The notes under the pieces were generated by a model. That model saw nothing but the letters and a program-made list of their open reading frames with translations. It did no database searches and was not told where the DNA came from. Below are positions 14,355 through 28,292 of a stretch of 64,000 nucleotides of DNA, piece after piece; position 1 is the first letter of the stretch, and every line of letters starts with the position of its first letter. The translations under genes and the position numbers were made by a program. Source of the stretch: Seison nebaliae (lineage: Eukaryota); the NCBI GenBank assembly GCA_023231475.1, contig JALJEE010002021.1:1-64000 (forward strand), read 5' to 3'.

Positions 14355-15578
14355 ATGAGATTAGGTAAACGAGTGAATGGGAATGAGAATGACAAAGTCA
14401 TTCCGAATGCTGTGGGAGTTAGTGGAGATGCGAATTCATATCAGCAGAATTATTACCAGTCTCCACCAGCACCAACGATGGCTTCTGTCAATCCACCCCA
14501 ATTCAATCTTCCATTCTCTCAACCGACGGATCAGTTTATGAATAATCCCATTCCATCTACTATTCCGAATTATGTGAATGAGAATTCAAATTATTTTCAT
14601 CCGACAACAGCGGAAACCATCAACTTTTCGGATAACTTGAGTGGATATTCCATGCCAAATAATCAAAATGGCACTTCGATAAATGTGAATATGATGAATA
14701 TGAACACGAACACTTATACGAATCAGAGTAGTATGTCATTCGCTGCCAATCCGCAAATGGTAAATCAGATACCGAATTCTGTACCATCTGCAGGAATTGA
14801 TAGTTCTGCTTTTATTAACAGAGCTTTCGGTAACGACGCACTTACGAATGTCGCTAAAAGTTATACGAGTCAATTGGTGACAGAAGGTCAAGCAGCGGTG
14901 AAAGGTCGATTCGAACGGTTCATTCCGATGGATCGAATTCGAAAATATTTCGATATCGACACGTCATTCGTGGTGAGAAAATTACTCTTTTTATTATGTC
15001 CCTTATTTTCATTAACGAATTTAAATGGTACAAATGCGAAACCATCATCGAATTATGATCAATCCAACTTCTCCATCGTCGATATCAATACACCGGATTT
15101 GTATATTCCTACAATGTCTATTGTTACTTATACAATTTGTGTGGGATTACAATTGGCATCACGTGGACAATTTCGACCGGAAGATTTGGGAATTCAAACC
15201 TCCTCCACCATCGGATGGACCACATTGGAATTTATAGTAATTTTAATAGCTCTTTATTTCATTTCAATTATTCAACAATTGACATGGATCGATTTATTAT
15301 CGTTTTTGGGCTACAAATATTTCTCAATGATCACTCTCACTATTGTCATGTTATTCACTAAATCATCGATCATTTATTATTCTTTGTTTCTTTGGTTATC
15401 CATTTCACTCATCTTCTTTCTTACACGATCATTACGATCTCATATTCTAACGAATGATAATTCGAATGAAATGTTATCCTCTCATTCTATCGGATATAAG
15501 AGGAAGATTTATACACTCATTTATATCAGTGTAACACAACCATTATTCATTTATGCATTTACCAGATGGTTACTTTGA
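14355..15578 (+). CDS. YIF1: YIF1 family ER-Golgi membrane protein, intronless
   Basis: RKYFDIDTSFVVRKL, DINTPDLYIPTMSIVTY, GQFRPEDLG and DLLSFLGYKY motifs; several C-terminal hydrophobic helices. Confidence 0.92.
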   Translation: MRLGKRVNGNENDKVIPNAVGVSGDANSYQQNYYQSPPAPTMASVNPPQFNLPFSQPTDQFMNNPIPSTIPNYVNENSNYFHPTTAETINFSDNLSGYSMPNNQNGTSINVNMMNMNTNTYTNQSSMSFAANPQMVNQIPNSVPSAGIDSSAFINRAFGNDALTNVAKSYTSQLVTEGQAAVKGRFERFIPMDRIRKYFDIDTSFVVRKLLFLLCPLFSLTNLNGTNAKPSSNYDQSNFSIVDINTPDLYIPTMSIVTYTICVGLQLASRGQFRPEDLGIQTSSTIGWTTLEFIVILIALYFISIIQQLTWIDLLSFLGYKYFSMITLTIVMLFTKSSIIYYSLFLWLSISLIFFLTRSLRSHILTNDNSNEMLSSHSIGYKRKIYTLIYISVTQPLFIYAFTRWLL

Positions 15579-15639
15579 ATCAATTTACAACAAATATATT
15601 TATCTTCTTCACACATTTTTTATTTTAATTCATTAAATT

Positions 15640-16498
15640 TTAATCATCCAAATGATCATCCATCAACTTCGATAATTGCTCACCAAACTGAAAAAAGTTA
15701 AATTGAAAATTTAAGGCAAATTATAATTGGAAAAGGAACTTTATTAATCTCCTCTCGATCAGTTCGCGAACGTTCTTCTTTTAATTTCAATCCTTCTTTT
15801 AATAAATCTTCAAATTTTGAAAAATCATCAATCGAATTCTCCTCAGGAATTTCCTTAAAATTTTTCGAAAAATCATCAACCGAATTTTCATTTGGAATTA
15901 ATGTTTGTTGATTTCCAGTTAAATTTGAGTCATGGCAACAAATTGCTGAAAAATTAAATTATCATAAAATTTTTTTTTTGAATGGTAAAAAAACCATTTT
16001 TTATATCCTCATCAAATTCGTTCATGTCTTTTCTTGAGAAATATTGAAATTTCCATTTGTCATTTATCATTTCCTTTTTCAAAAGTTCTTCCGTTTTTTC
16101 TAAAATAATTTCAAATAATTCAACAGAAATCCGAATTGAAAACCGTCGACTGATACGTCACCGATGAGGAACCAGTCACTTTTCGGATAATTCGCTTTGA
16201 TTTCTTCACATTTTCCATTTAACCATTGGACGGTATGGTTCTTTGGTATTTCATCATTCAACTCCATAAAGATATCAATTGTTAATTTATCGATATTATC
16301 GTTAAAATAAAATAAATTCCATTTCGATTCGAAATATTTTGTTTTTAATTTACATTGTCGTATGTCACTTTCGTGTACGTCGAAAACGTCTACGAGAAAA
16401 ACTTTGAAAAATTGTTGGAAAGAACTAAAATTGAAACTTTCTCTAATTCTTTTCAATAATTTATCGTCATCGATTTTGAATAGGATAACAGAAGACAT
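15640..16498 (-). CDS. Probable alpha/gamma-adaptin-binding protein p34 (AAGAB)-like, 4 exons
   Basis: Three GT-AG introns (first at 16143-16100) join the 132-aa ORF to an open C-terminus ending KLMDDHLDD*. The N-terminal KTKYF and the C-terminal DDFSKFEDLLKE...ERSRTDREE helix resemble p34. The gene is well supported; the identity is tentative. Confidence 0.5.
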
Positions 16499-16790
16499 TT
16501 TGTGAAGTTGAAAAATTAAAGAAAGAAAAATCTGTAAAATAAATTTTTAATGGAAAATTTATCGATGGAAATTAAATACAAAAGAAAATGGACTGAAAGG
16601 AATTTCGGATGGAATTAAAACGATTTTTTTTTCTTTTTTTTTTTTCTTGAGAAATTATGTGAAATAAAGATGGTGGATAAAATGAGAAATAAATGTAAAG
16701 GAAAATATTGATATCAATTTTTTGATTATTAGGAATTATTAAGTGAATAATGGGAGAGGAGGTGAATGAATTGTTCGATTATTCAAATTT

Positions 16791-18587
16791 TTATTTTTTA
16801 TCTCCACTTGATCGGTGATCGAATTCATCATCATCATCGTCATCTTCTTCTTCTTCCATAACTTCGTTAACATCTTCGATATCATCGTCGAGTTGATGAG
16901 TGTTAACATGTTCGATGATTTTCCGAGGGAATGATAACGACGTGGTACGACGACGACGGATTTGAGTGACTGGAGTAGGAATTTTATTCCATGACGATTT
17001 CGCTGGAATTGTCAATGACATTTTCACATTCATTTCTTGTAGTTCTTTTTCAATTAATTCTTTCGTCGGTTCAACTTCGTTCAAATTTAATTCATTAATT
17101 TCTAATTCAACTTCTTCCAACGATTTCGGTGTATAATTTTTCGAATATTTCAATCCGAGAAGATCTCCCACTTCATCGACAGCTCTCAATGTTTCATCGA
17201 GATCATTTTTCGTATGAGCAGCTGATAAACAAAATCTTGCACGTGAGGTAACAATGGGAGTTGCTGGAAATCCGACGACGACAACGGCGACTTTTCTTTT
17301 CAACATTTCACGTCCAAATGCTGCGATTTTCGCTGGCATATACAACAACATTGGAACGACTGGTGACGAATTATTTCCGTAAACGACGAAACCCATTCGT
17401 TGAAGACGTTTCCGGAAATATTGAGTATTCCATGCCAAACGACGAATTCTCATGGCACCATCTAATGACGGTGCCATCAGAATGTTGATACAACTCAAAA
17501 TCATTTGGCAGACTGGTGGTGCCATACTAACCGCATAATAAGTAGCATGTGATTGTTTCCTTAACTCGAAAATTACTTCTTTCTTACCAGCTATATATCC
17601 GCCAGAACCACCGAAACTTTTCGTAAATGTTCCCATCAAAATATCGACGTCTGTTGATGCTAAACCGAAATGATCAACTACTCCACGTCCACGTTTACCT
17701 AACGCTCCAATCGAATGAGCTTCATCAACGAATAAATAAAATCGATATTTCTTCTTCAATTCCACAATCGCTGGTAAATTAACGATACTTCCTTCCATAC
17801 TATAAATTCCTTCTACCACAACAATAATCTTCTTCCATGGACGATGAGTTCTTGGTTGACCATTAATGATAGCATTCTTTACTTTCTTCTCCAAATCTCC
17901 AATATCGTTATGACGGAAAATTCGAATTAATCCACCAGATAATCGACATCCCAATACAATCGATGCATGATTATATTCATCACTTAATAAAAGACAACCT
18001 GATGATGCCATTGCTGGAATGTTTAAAGAATTGGTTGCAAATCCCATTCCGAAAACTAAGGCACTTTCCACTCCAAGAAAACTCGCCACTTTCTCCTCCA
18101 ATAATCGATGTAATGACGACGTTCCCAAATTATTGCGTGAGGACATTGTTGACATTCCCCATTTCTTCATACAATGTTCCACATCATCGATACATTTTCC
18201 GGTCGTTTCAGCAAAACCTAAATAATTATATGATCCCAAATTGATGGCATTTGTTGTAGTATCGAGTAATTGGAAATTCCATCCATAATCATCAGATTTT
18301 CGATCGATCAAATCAAATCGATTAGCTGGAACACTACAAATCGGACGATTCCAACAATCACGGATACGTGTATATAAATTCCTCGTATAGAACGATTCGA
18401 ACGAGGAATATAATGGAGGGAAATTGGATGGATTTGGATCTTTACAATCACTTCTCTTCTCGATGCCTAAAGAGCGTAAAATGTCTCGAATATAACCGAA
18501 AATATTCAAAACCAAATATCCCAGATATGTCAAAATGGCGATGTGGAGAGGTACCTCCTCAAACGTTTCAATTTCTAATTCATTCAT
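16791..18587 (-). CDS. SPTLC2: Serine palmitoyltransferase long-chain base subunit 2 (LCB2/lace), intronless
   Basis: [35 protein letters not shown] and the PLP-lysine motif GTFTKSFG. Confidence 0.96.
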   Translation of the reverse strand: MNELEIETFEEVPLHIAILTYLGYLVLNIFGYIRDILRSLGIEKRSDCKDPNPSNFPPLYSSFESFYTRNLYTRIRDCWNRPICSVPANRFDLIDRKSDDYGWNFQLLDTTTNAINLGSYNYLGFAETTGKCIDDVEHCMKKWGMSTMSSRNNLGTSSLHRLLEEKVASFLGVESALVFGMGFATNSLNIPAMASSGCLLLSDEYNHASIVLGCRLSGGLIRIFRHNDIGDLEKKVKNAIINGQPRTHRPWKKIIVVVEGIYSMEGSIVNLPAIVELKKKYRFYLFVDEAHSIGALGKRGRGVVDHFGLASTDVDILMGTFTKSFGGSGGYIAGKKEVIFELRKQSHATYYAVSMAPPVCQMILSCINILMAPSLDGAMRIRRLAWNTQYFRKRLQRMGFVVYGNNSSPVVPMLLYMPAKIAAFGREMLKRKVAVVVVGFPATPIVTSRARFCLSAAHTKNDLDETLRAVDEVGDLLGLKYSKNYTPKSLEEVELEINELNLNEVEPTKELIEKELQEMNVKMSLTIPAKSSWNKIPTPVTQIRRRRTTSLSFPRKIIEHVNTHQLDDDIEDVNEVMEEEEDDDDDDEFDHRSSGDKK

Positions 18588-19080
18588 ACCTTCCTTCCTT
18601 TATGTTTTCCCAATTTCATTTCTCTTTCAAACTCCTTTCTCCCCAACACAATTCTCAAATTACACTAATTCTTCTATAACACGACAACTAATTATGTAAT
18701 TTATTAATTATTATTTTATTTTCTCTTTTTCTCAATTCCTCACAATTTTTCCAATTCTCTTCCATACATTTTTTCCTCATTTGACAAATTGGCTTTCTTT
18801 CTCCCATTTTCTCCATGTCATCTCTAATTCTCTCATTTCATTTACTTGTCATTTAGCACATACATGCAGAGAAGGAGTACCTCAACTACACAATACATTA
18901 CTCATTCTCTCCCATTTGTATGATGGATTTCGATTTCCTCCTATTTCTCCGACAAATTCACTTTATTTTCACACTAGAGTTCCATTCAAATATTAAACGG
19001 AAAGAGATTATTTCATTCCCATATAGTTTTGTCCAATAAAATTTTGAAGTTTTTCTCTGGTCTAAAAAAAATCAAAAAAT

Positions 19081-19260
19081 ATTTTTCCAAATTTCCAATT
19101 TTTGAAATAATTTTGAGAATTTTTTGAGCATTTTTTAAAAATTTTTTAATTTTTTTTTCAGATTTTTATGAGAATTTTTTGAGAATTTTTTTGGATTTTT
19201 CTGAAAATTTTTTGGAAATTTTTTGAGAATTTTTTCAAAATTTTGAATATTTTTATTAAT
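19081..19260. repeat. Degenerate T-rich tandem repeat (TTTTTGAGAATT-like) in the divergent SPTLC2/JMJD8 intergenic region
   Basis: Recurring tttttgagaatt / ttttttggaaatt units. Confidence 0.55.
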
Positions 19261-19308
19261 CGAATTTTCTGATTTTTTAAAAAGATATTTTAAATGTAAT
19301 TATCGCGA

Positions 19309-20133
19309 ATGGTACTTCTTGGGAATGTGGTAGTTCCTCTCATTCTTTTCCTTTCATTAAATTCACTTCCATTCTTAGTTGCTGTTCAATCAAATTTTAA
19401 TGAGAATCTTGCTGGCCCATGTACGATTGTGGAAGAGTATTTTAGTAATTTAACGTCGTCTGAATTCCAGTTGAAATATGTAGTGAATGAATTGCCTGTT
19501 GTAATAAGACATGACGATGAGAGAAGAGATATTATGGAACTTTATCAAAATCATTTCAATTTTCATCATATCGTTTCCAACTTCTCCGATATGCCGATTA
19601 TTGTCAGTTTATCAAACACATATTCTTATAAGAAGAGAACGTTGACATTGAACGATTATTTCAAAGACATCTTTCCCAACATTAATCCAAAACAATTAGC
19701 TTGGTATTGGTTCGGTGACTTACCACCGAAAGTTGATCGAAATGTCGAACAGAAATGGAAACAATTCCTTCAACTTTATGACGGTCCGGAAAAATATTTA
19801 GTGAGTGTGAAAAAATTTCAAAAACTTCAACCGATTTTCGCTTTCGGTATTGGAGCGAAAGGAACTGGCGTACCGTTTCATTGGCATGGACCGGGATTTG
19901 CGGAAACGGTTCATGGAAGAAAAAGATGGTTTCTTTACGCACCAAATTATACGCCGATATTTGATGGGGATATCTCATCGTATGTATGGTGGGAGAAACG
20001 ATATGGGAAGAGTCAATACGGTTTATTGGAATGTACATTGAATGAAGGAGATCTCATTTATTTTCCAAATGGCTGGTGGCATTCGACATTGAATGTAGAT
20101 AATAATATTTTCTTTTCATCCTTCCTCGGTTAA
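19309..20133 (+). CDS. JMJD8: JmjC domain protein 8-like with signal peptide, intronless
   Basis: Hydrophobic N-terminus; SNTYSY, FGIGAKGTGVPFHWHGPGFAE, GRKRWFLY and YFPNGWWHSTLN motifs. Confidence 0.9.
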   Translation: MVLLGNVVVPLILFLSLNSLPFLVAVQSNFNENLAGPCTIVEEYFSNLTSSEFQLKYVVNELPVVIRHDDERRDIMELYQNHFNFHHIVSNFSDMPIIVSLSNTYSYKKRTLTLNDYFKDIFPNINPKQLAWYWFGDLPPKVDRNVEQKWKQFLQLYDGPEKYLVSVKKFQKLQPIFAFGIGAKGTGVPFHWHGPGFAETVHGRKRWFLYAPNYTPIFDGDISSYVWWEKRYGKSQYGLLECTLNEGDLIYFPNGWWHSTLNVDNNIFFSSFLG

Positions 20134-20326
20134 TTATTATTTAATTAACGAACAAATTGTTATTGTTTAAAGACGCCGCTGATCAATTGAGATAATTTGA
20201 AAATTTAAATTAAGTTAAATAAACATCATTGAATTTATTAAGTGGGAGATAAAGTGGAAATTGAAGTAATTGTGAACGGATAATTTTATTTTTAGTTTTC
20301 AATTTGATTGACAACACTTGGAGACG

Positions 20327-23300
20327 ATGGAGAAAGTGGAGACAATTGTGCTACAACATAAAAGTTCTCTAAATTCTTACAAATTGTTAGAATGAATTTC
20401 TTCAATCGAACCATCAGATACACAAACCAGTTCGATCAAAGATAAAAATGAACATGAAATCATGTTTGAGAATTTGATATTGGACAAAGTGTTCGTTGAT
20501 TACTTCAATATTTATCTCTCTTTGCCTGTTCATATCATTTTCTCTCAATCATTCTAATGAAATATCCATCAGATTTTCGCCCAACGTCTTTTATTCGATT
20601 ACGCGAAAAAGAAATGGACATTCGATCCGCCACTTTCTCTCAAATTCCTCGTTCGTTCTTCTAATTAAAAATTTGAATATAATTTTTTTTTAAATTTGAA
20701 AATTTATCAGGAAAATTTCGAAGAAGATTTCCGAGAATGGATTGTGGATTTCCGATTTGTCCCATTTCTCACCAGTGACATTTATGGAGAGTATTGTTTC
20801 TATAAGGAATTGACGAAAGCTCCGATTGTTTTGAGTGTCGATCTCGTCGTTCCAGTGAACGATAATATATCGAGTGATATGAGACCGGCACAAACAACAC
20901 CTTTCACATTAGAAGGTTTATTGGGAAGTGTTTGGCTTATGAGAAAATTACAAAATTTTTTTAATGACTCAATGGCGAATACATTGTGGTCATTCTGGTT
21001 TGACGTACAATATATTCGTGTGCGAGAACAAACCGTTCCTAGAAAAGATTTAAGTGAAGATTTCAGACATATTCATTTACATTATATTTCTCGGAGTGCT
21101 TTTGCCGACAATTTTCTCTCACAATGGCCCGTGTTGTTGGAGGAGGTTCCTGCACAAAAAGACATTCCTTTATTATTCGATAATTTAAGTCGATTATATC
21201 AGTTACAAGAAAAGGCCATGCAATTAATTCGTAGTTATTGGCTACCGAAATATTTGTGGAGGATTTATTTAATTTTGAGGAGGAAAGATGTATCAGAGAA
21301 ACAGGAATATCTTTATTCACTTCACACATATCAGAAATATGAAATTCCCCCATCGATATTTCATGTGAAAGCCATTCAGGAAGAAGTCGATCGTCGTATT
21401 GCTCGTCAATCGATGACACCTATTAGTGTGATAAGTGGAATGGATACGACTAAAAATTTAAAAAACTTAAAATTAAAAGTGTCGACAACATTCGCAGAAA
21501 TTGTAGGGAATCATAATAAAACGAACATGCTAAATTATAAGGGACATCAAACGGCCTGGTTCCCGGGCGAGACCGTCCCAGTCTTACCAAAACTAACAAA
21601 AATTTCAAATTTGAAAGCTGCCCGAGGAATTTTGAGGATCGAATCGGCAGTACCAAATATCCATCAAAACGATTCTTTACCATCACCAGCTCCTGGTTAT
21701 GAGGAGAGAGAAGAAGAGTTTCTGAGTCAAATGGGATTGAAAAAAGAGAAATTGTCAACAACCAGTTCTAGTAATCCGAGTAATGAACGAAGTTATTTAG
21801 AGAATTCAGATATGAGAAATTTAAATAGTAAAGGATTGCCCGCCGGTCTCATCATTCCTTATATTCCGTCTACTATCTCTTTATTGAATGAGGATGAACC
21901 AACAACTGAACAGACATCGAAATATTTCGATGATTTTCAAGGACCATTTTTTAACGGAACTTTCGGTCTCCAAGTCAATACCATGTCGTCCCTGGGTACT
22001 TTACCGTTGGTGATTTATGCGAAATATAATCGACCAAATATCCATCAATCTTGTTTTGTTGATTCTTTGGTAGGACAACCGTTTCGACGATGGTTAATTG
22101 CTCGTGAACGATTAGATAAATTAGTTTATTTGGACATGATACTCGATTTGGAACGATATATTTCCATGTGGACATTAGATCCAGAGAGAACGTTCACTCT
22201 AAGGAAACGTCGAGCCAATCGGATAATTGCCACATATTTATGTAATCGAGAGAATGCTGAATTGAAATTTAATCGGATCACTTTGAATAATTTGAAGGAT
22301 GAATTGATAACGATGAAACATGTGGAGAAATGTAAGAAAATGTCTTCACTTTGTGCGAAGTTTTTAACGGCCGATTGGGTCGATTATATTATTTGGGACA
22401 TGAAAAATTTCTCTCTCCAAAACAAAAATCAACATTTAGCCATGGCTCGACAAGATAATAAACAAGAGAAAACGATGAAAGAATGTGATGTGAGATTGGA
22501 AAGAATTGAAATGATTCTGCCCAAACATTTACCACCACTCGACGACATTCCACAAAATAAAGGTGTGATCTGTAATCTAGGTGGATTGCATGTACTCCAG
22601 AAGGAATTAACAACGATGCCTCTCTTCTCCAAATTCTGTAAAATGGTAGACGATGGTGACAATAGTAAAATTTCCCCCAAAACGCCGAACGAAGAAGATG
22701 CACCAAAACTGCACATAAAATTGTTGAAAGATTATTTCGAAAATATTCAAATTATTAAATTGGAAAATTTTGACCAAGAGAAAACTCTGAGTGAGAACGT
22801 CAATGAAATTCATCTACTCGACGCATTTAGTTTACCTATTAATTTGAAATTATATAAATTGAATGAAGAAGAAAAGAAATTTTATTTTCGAAAAATTCAA
22901 TTGGACATTCCCACCGACGTGTTAGAGTTGTTGATTGAGAAGAAGAAGTTATCGAAAGAAAAGAAGAAAGTTGAAGAAAAAACAGACGAAGAAAAAGTGA
23001 AAGAAGAAGATGGAGATGGAGAAGAAGGAGACGTGACGCAAATTAAAGAACGAATTGAGAAAGATTTGGATGAGAAAATTAAAGTTTTCGCCAATACGGC
23101 CAATGTGAAAGGAAACATCATCGGAACGATTTATCCCAAAATGTATTCAGTAGAAGAATATGCGATGATGAGAAATCGTCAAAATGAAGAAATAAGATCA
23201 TCAGAAATCGTCGCAGGAAACGAATATTTGTTACCAGAAGAATTAGAGCTTAAAGACGGTTTAGTGACCATCGAATTCGAATCATCTATGACTAATTCGT

Positions 23301-25265
23301 ATATTGTTCCTTTCGTTCGAGTAAATTTCAAAAATGAACTAATCGATTTACGAAACAATAAACCGATCACATCATTAACATTCCATTTGACACCAGAAGG
23401 TGATTTAGGAGCGGAATTGTTGAATTATCGAATTAAGAGAGGATGGGACAGAGTGTCAAATTATCTTCTATATCAACGGCCAGAAGAGAATACGGTTAAT
23501 TCGATGATAATGCAAAATGTGAAAAGTGAAGAAGAAGCGATTGATGAATTAGATTCCTTATTTAAAACAGCTCTCTTCGAAGCAAGTGATTCGAAATTCC
23601 CAAAAATGTATTTTTCTCTTCTCACCAATATCGGAGAGAATATCATGATTGGTTATGTTAGACAAGTTGAGTCAAATCGTGATAATCAAACCGTTATCAT
23701 TTATGGAAAACCGAGTCATATTTATGAAACGAATATCGTATTAAATGTCATGAATATTACGGCGTTGTTGAATAATGAGAATTTATTCGAAGATACAACT
23801 CCTTGGTTAGAGATTCCTGCCGAAATTTCCAAACTCGTTTTATCCACATTATCATCACGACATATGATCTCGTTGACGTTGACTAAAATCCGTTTCAAAA
23901 TTTTCAAAGATAAATTAAATTCGTTCGGAGGATCGAGAACTAATCCGAAGGAAGTGATCGATCTCGTTGAAATCGAAGCAATCATCGGAACATCATCTCA
24001 ATTAGAAAGTATCGCTCCAATTGCTGTCTTCTTTGACGACATAGCAAAACCATTTGATGACGAGAAAAAAGTGAAAACGATCATTCCAATTTTCGCTAAA
24101 GGTATTTTCAAATTTCAACATGTGGAAACTGTGGAAATTCCACCAATGGACAATGGGGAACAATTGACGAAATCGATGACGAAATTAATGAATTTGATGG
24201 CGGAGGAAGATCTTCCACAAACCGTCATTTTCGATAAAGGTGATAAAAGATATGAGAATGAATTAATAACATCTCCTGTTGTTTTAATGGTTGTTCAATT
24301 TAGTGATATACCCTCGAAATATCGATGTTTTATTAAAGAATTTCAATTGTTCGAGAATGGAATGTTCGCTCTCATTTGTTCGTTGCCAACGGAAGAAAAT
24401 ATAGTTAGTCAAATGAAAAGAATTCCATATAATATCGATATGTTGAATGTTGGAAATGAGAAAATTTTCACTGGGGTGATTTTAGTAGTCATTCCTGATA
24501 TCAGTGATCGATTGGGACGATCGACGTTGAAATTTATCGGGAAATTGTTAACGAATGACGAGGCACATATGACGAAGAAGGATATGTCGGATGTTAAAGG
24601 AGAAGAAGTTTATGATTTCGTTAAGAATTATGTCTCCAATGAACAACGACAAGAGTATAATAAACAATATGGAATTTTGAAGAGTAATACGGATTTGAAA
24701 GGGAAAGATCATCATCTACCATGTCTCGTCGAAGACGATGATGCTCATGTTCTCGATCTGTTGAAAGAACCATTTCAAACGAGGAATATCGGAATTGAAA
24801 CGACACCACTCAAGAAAGATTTCAATGAACGGTTTTTTTTTCATTTGAAATAATTTTTCAAATTCTCTTCCCAATTCTCATTAGAGTTAAAGCGAGATTA
24901 AAAAATTTGAAAATTACAAAGAAAAATCAATTTCCAACATCCCAATATATTGGGAGGAATAGTGAACGAATGAAATGGGCAACTTATTTAACTCTTCAAA
25001 TTTCTCGATTAGGTTCAAATTCTAAATTTCACTAATATTATACATATACTTATTATATTTTTTTGATTTAGATACGAGAATGGTTGTGGAAGAAGATGAA
25101 TTGAAATTGGATCCCGAACCAGATGTAGCACGAAGTGCAGATAAAGAAATGGGCGACATGTCACCTACTTTGGGCGATAAGAAAACGTTAAGTCTGGGAA
25201 AAAAATCGAAATCGAAAGCGAGAACAAGCGGAAGCAAAACCGTCAGTCTGGTCAATCGACTTTAA
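20327..25265 (+). CDS. Large RGS22/RGSL1-like protein, 6 exons
   Basis: Exons 20327-20363, 20418-20527, 20573-20650, 20711-24831, 24885-25011, 25072-25265. N-terminal VFVDYFNIYLSLP-IF and WIVDFRFVPFLTSDIYGEY resemble the RGS22/RGSL1 N-terminus; RGS-like helices include FRRWL...LDLERY...ANRIIATYL. Confidence 0.6.
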
Positions 25266-25487
25266 TAATTTTCGACGAATTCCCATTATGAATTTCTGAT
25301 GGAAACAATGTGTAATTGAGTATTTGGAAATATTGAATAATTTTCAAGCGAACAAAAAAAACCACAAATTTTTTTATAAAGTTTTATTTACAATTAAATA
25401 AGAGTGAAGGGAAATGTTGAGGGTAAAGGAAAGGAATGAAGACTATATATATTTATATGTGAGAAGAATAAATAGTGTTCCTTGAAA

Positions 25488-28292
25488 TTAGACTATCATC
25501 ATGGCGGTGGGAAGCGATGACAATTTCTCATCTTCAATTGTTGAATGGAAATTACCCGTCTCACCAAGAAGTTGTTTGTTAGTTTTTGTGCTTTGGATAA
25601 ACGGATTAATGTTGTTGTTATTGTTGTGTGTCAAATTGTAAGTGGAATTCTCTTTGGAATTGACATGACAAAATGATTCGTCGCCTTTCAAACGTGTCGA
25701 TCTGTCACTATAATCAGTTAATAGATGATTATTCGCATCGATATGTGAATAGTTGTTGTTAGACGAGTGTGAATTATAAATATTGTGAGAATATAAATAA
25801 TTTTGAAGGAAGTCATTCGATAATTCATCAGAATTCGTTTCCGTTTGAAATTGTCCTAATAATAATTGTTGTTGTTGTTGGTGTTGTTGTTGTTGTAATT
25901 GTTGAGAATTTGGATTAATCTGATTCTGCTGATGTTGTTGTTCAATGCCAATATTTTCAGTATCTTTATTTTTATAATTGAAATAATTTGTCATTTCCAT
26001 CGGTTTATTTCCGTTATTATTATCATAAAACAAAATCGGATTAATTGTCGATGATTCGGCATGTTCGTTACTGATCGAACCAGTTGTTTGTTGCAAATTC
26101 TTTGTCATCATATAAAAATTATCGATGTGCAATTTACCGTTTTGATGGTTTTGACTATTCTGTTCTAAAATTGAGCTATCATTCACCACATTCTGATGGA
26201 GTTGTGATGTGATCGGGAACGTCGTCGTTTCATTATTATTCATCGTTTTCTCGTATTGACATTGGGAATTGATCGGATTGATTGTTGTTGTTGTTTGTGA
26301 ACTTGTTTCACAGTTTTGTATAAGATAATTAGTGGTTGATGTGGATAAATTGGAAGGAGTTGGGAGATGTAATCGAGGAAGAATCGATTGAGTATCATAT
26401 TGTTTCATCATTAAACTCGAATATCCACTATCGTCATTTGAACTGAAATTAGAACTACTAATTCCACTTTCCCGACTATGTGATTCATCCGACATATCAT
26501 TTTTCCCACTTTTCATATGTAAATTAGAAATTTGTTCGACATCCATCAATTCATTCTTCACATCCATTTTCTTCTTTTTTGAATTCTGCTTCTTCAATTT
26601 TTCACCTTTTCTCTTACCGCCACTAATCATCATTGAGTTCTCCTCATAAATTTTTCTATCGTTCTTACAACCATCATGTTTGGGAGTTAAATTTTCGTGT
26701 TTTATTTCATTTTTCATTTGAGGAACGACCACCTCCAATTTTGCATCAGTAGGTGATTTCTTTATTAATTTCTTCAGATTTAATTCAACTTTCGAACTTT
26801 TCGTTTCGCCCAATTCACTCTTCAATCGTTTCAACGTTTTCCAATATTCCGATTTGGCTTGATGGTTCTGGAAATATGAATTATCTCGCTGATCGATCGA
26901 TTGGACTGCTTGCTGATATTCATGGTCGGTCAATGACGTATTCACAGCGACAATACAATGAGGTCTCGACGATCGAGAATTGTGCACAATAGTTGCATGA
27001 GATTGTATCCAAGTCCATCCACCGTTCTTACACATTAACCGATAATATTTTGTTGTTACTTGTCCTTTAATTAATACTAAAAGAAAATCATAAAAAAGAA
27101 ATTATCAAAAAATCACTAAACGTGCTTGATGTGCCATTCTTAGATGAAATATGTCATTTGCATGAACATGTTGATAAATTGATTTTTCTATAAAATCCTG
27201 TGGTTCATATCCAGTCAAATTTGATATGCTAAGTCATAATTAAATATAATGTAATGATAAAGAAAAATTAACCCAGAGTCCAAAAATATCAATTTGAAAT
27301 CGAGCGATGCTCGAAACATGAACATGTTAGTAGCCAATCGAATTTCCGTAATTGCTGATGGCGGCAATGAGTAGCCCATTGCTACTAAACCGACATTTTG
27401 ATAACATCCAGCCGGTGTTTCATAACAGGCAGCTGGTGGTGGTGTTGGACACAAGGGATCAAGTGGATATGGTTTCACTTTCAGATATCCCATACAATGA
27501 ATGACCTTTAAAAGAAAGAAATTTAAAAATTTGAATATATTTTAGAGAAATTATTTCAACTTTATATCCGCCACATGTTAATCCTGCATTTCGTTTTGCT
27601 AATACGCATTTCATTCGGAGAAAAAAGAATCGTTCGATTTCATATTCTTGAAAAAAATTTGGAAAAAAAAAGTGATAAAAGATGGATAAACCTCTGATTA
27701 AATGAGGATATAATGGAGGTGGTGGTGCTGTGAGAAGTGTGGCGACTTCGTCATGATCAGATGGATGAATATATTCATATAAACTGTTACCTGTCAATTC
27801 GACCTGTTGATGATTATGGAGAACATGAGAGAATGGAAGAATGTTGTAAATGAGATGAACTTGTGAAAGACCCAAATGGACAGATGCAGTTTCAGATATG
27901 TAGATAATTGTACCATCAGGAGATACCACAAACAAGAATCCGTCTAATGTCTAAAATGGAGAATGAGAATTCTTCATATAAATAGGAGAATCGTGACTTG
28001 TAATAAATGAGTGCCGATTTCTTTCTCCATTGAACATTTGGTTTGTGACGATTCATAAAGACCTTTAACCACACAAAAGAGAATTAACAACAAGAAATTT
28101 CTGGAAATACACACCTCCTTCAGGAAACACATTCCTCATACGCAGGTATGACGTCGTTAGACGAATGACCGACGCTTTGTCCAATTGTGATGTGATGGCC
28201 GATGGTAATGGTAATAGTTTGCTCAGTTCGATAAATTCGGCATTCTCCTTTTCTCGACGGGAACGTGCTGCATTTTTCGATTTTTCTTTCAT
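25488..28292 (-). CDS. sim: Single-minded bHLH-PAS transcription factor, 8 exons
   Basis: [20 protein letters not shown]...[17 protein letters not shown] bHLH, PAS-A (TLDGFLFVV...[19 protein letters not shown]), [21 protein letters not shown] (GGWTWIQS...[10 protein letters not shown]). Exons 28292-28115, 28062-27998, 27950-27861, 27803-27692, 27646-27561, 27505-27273, 27228-27122, 27076-25488. Confidence 0.96.
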
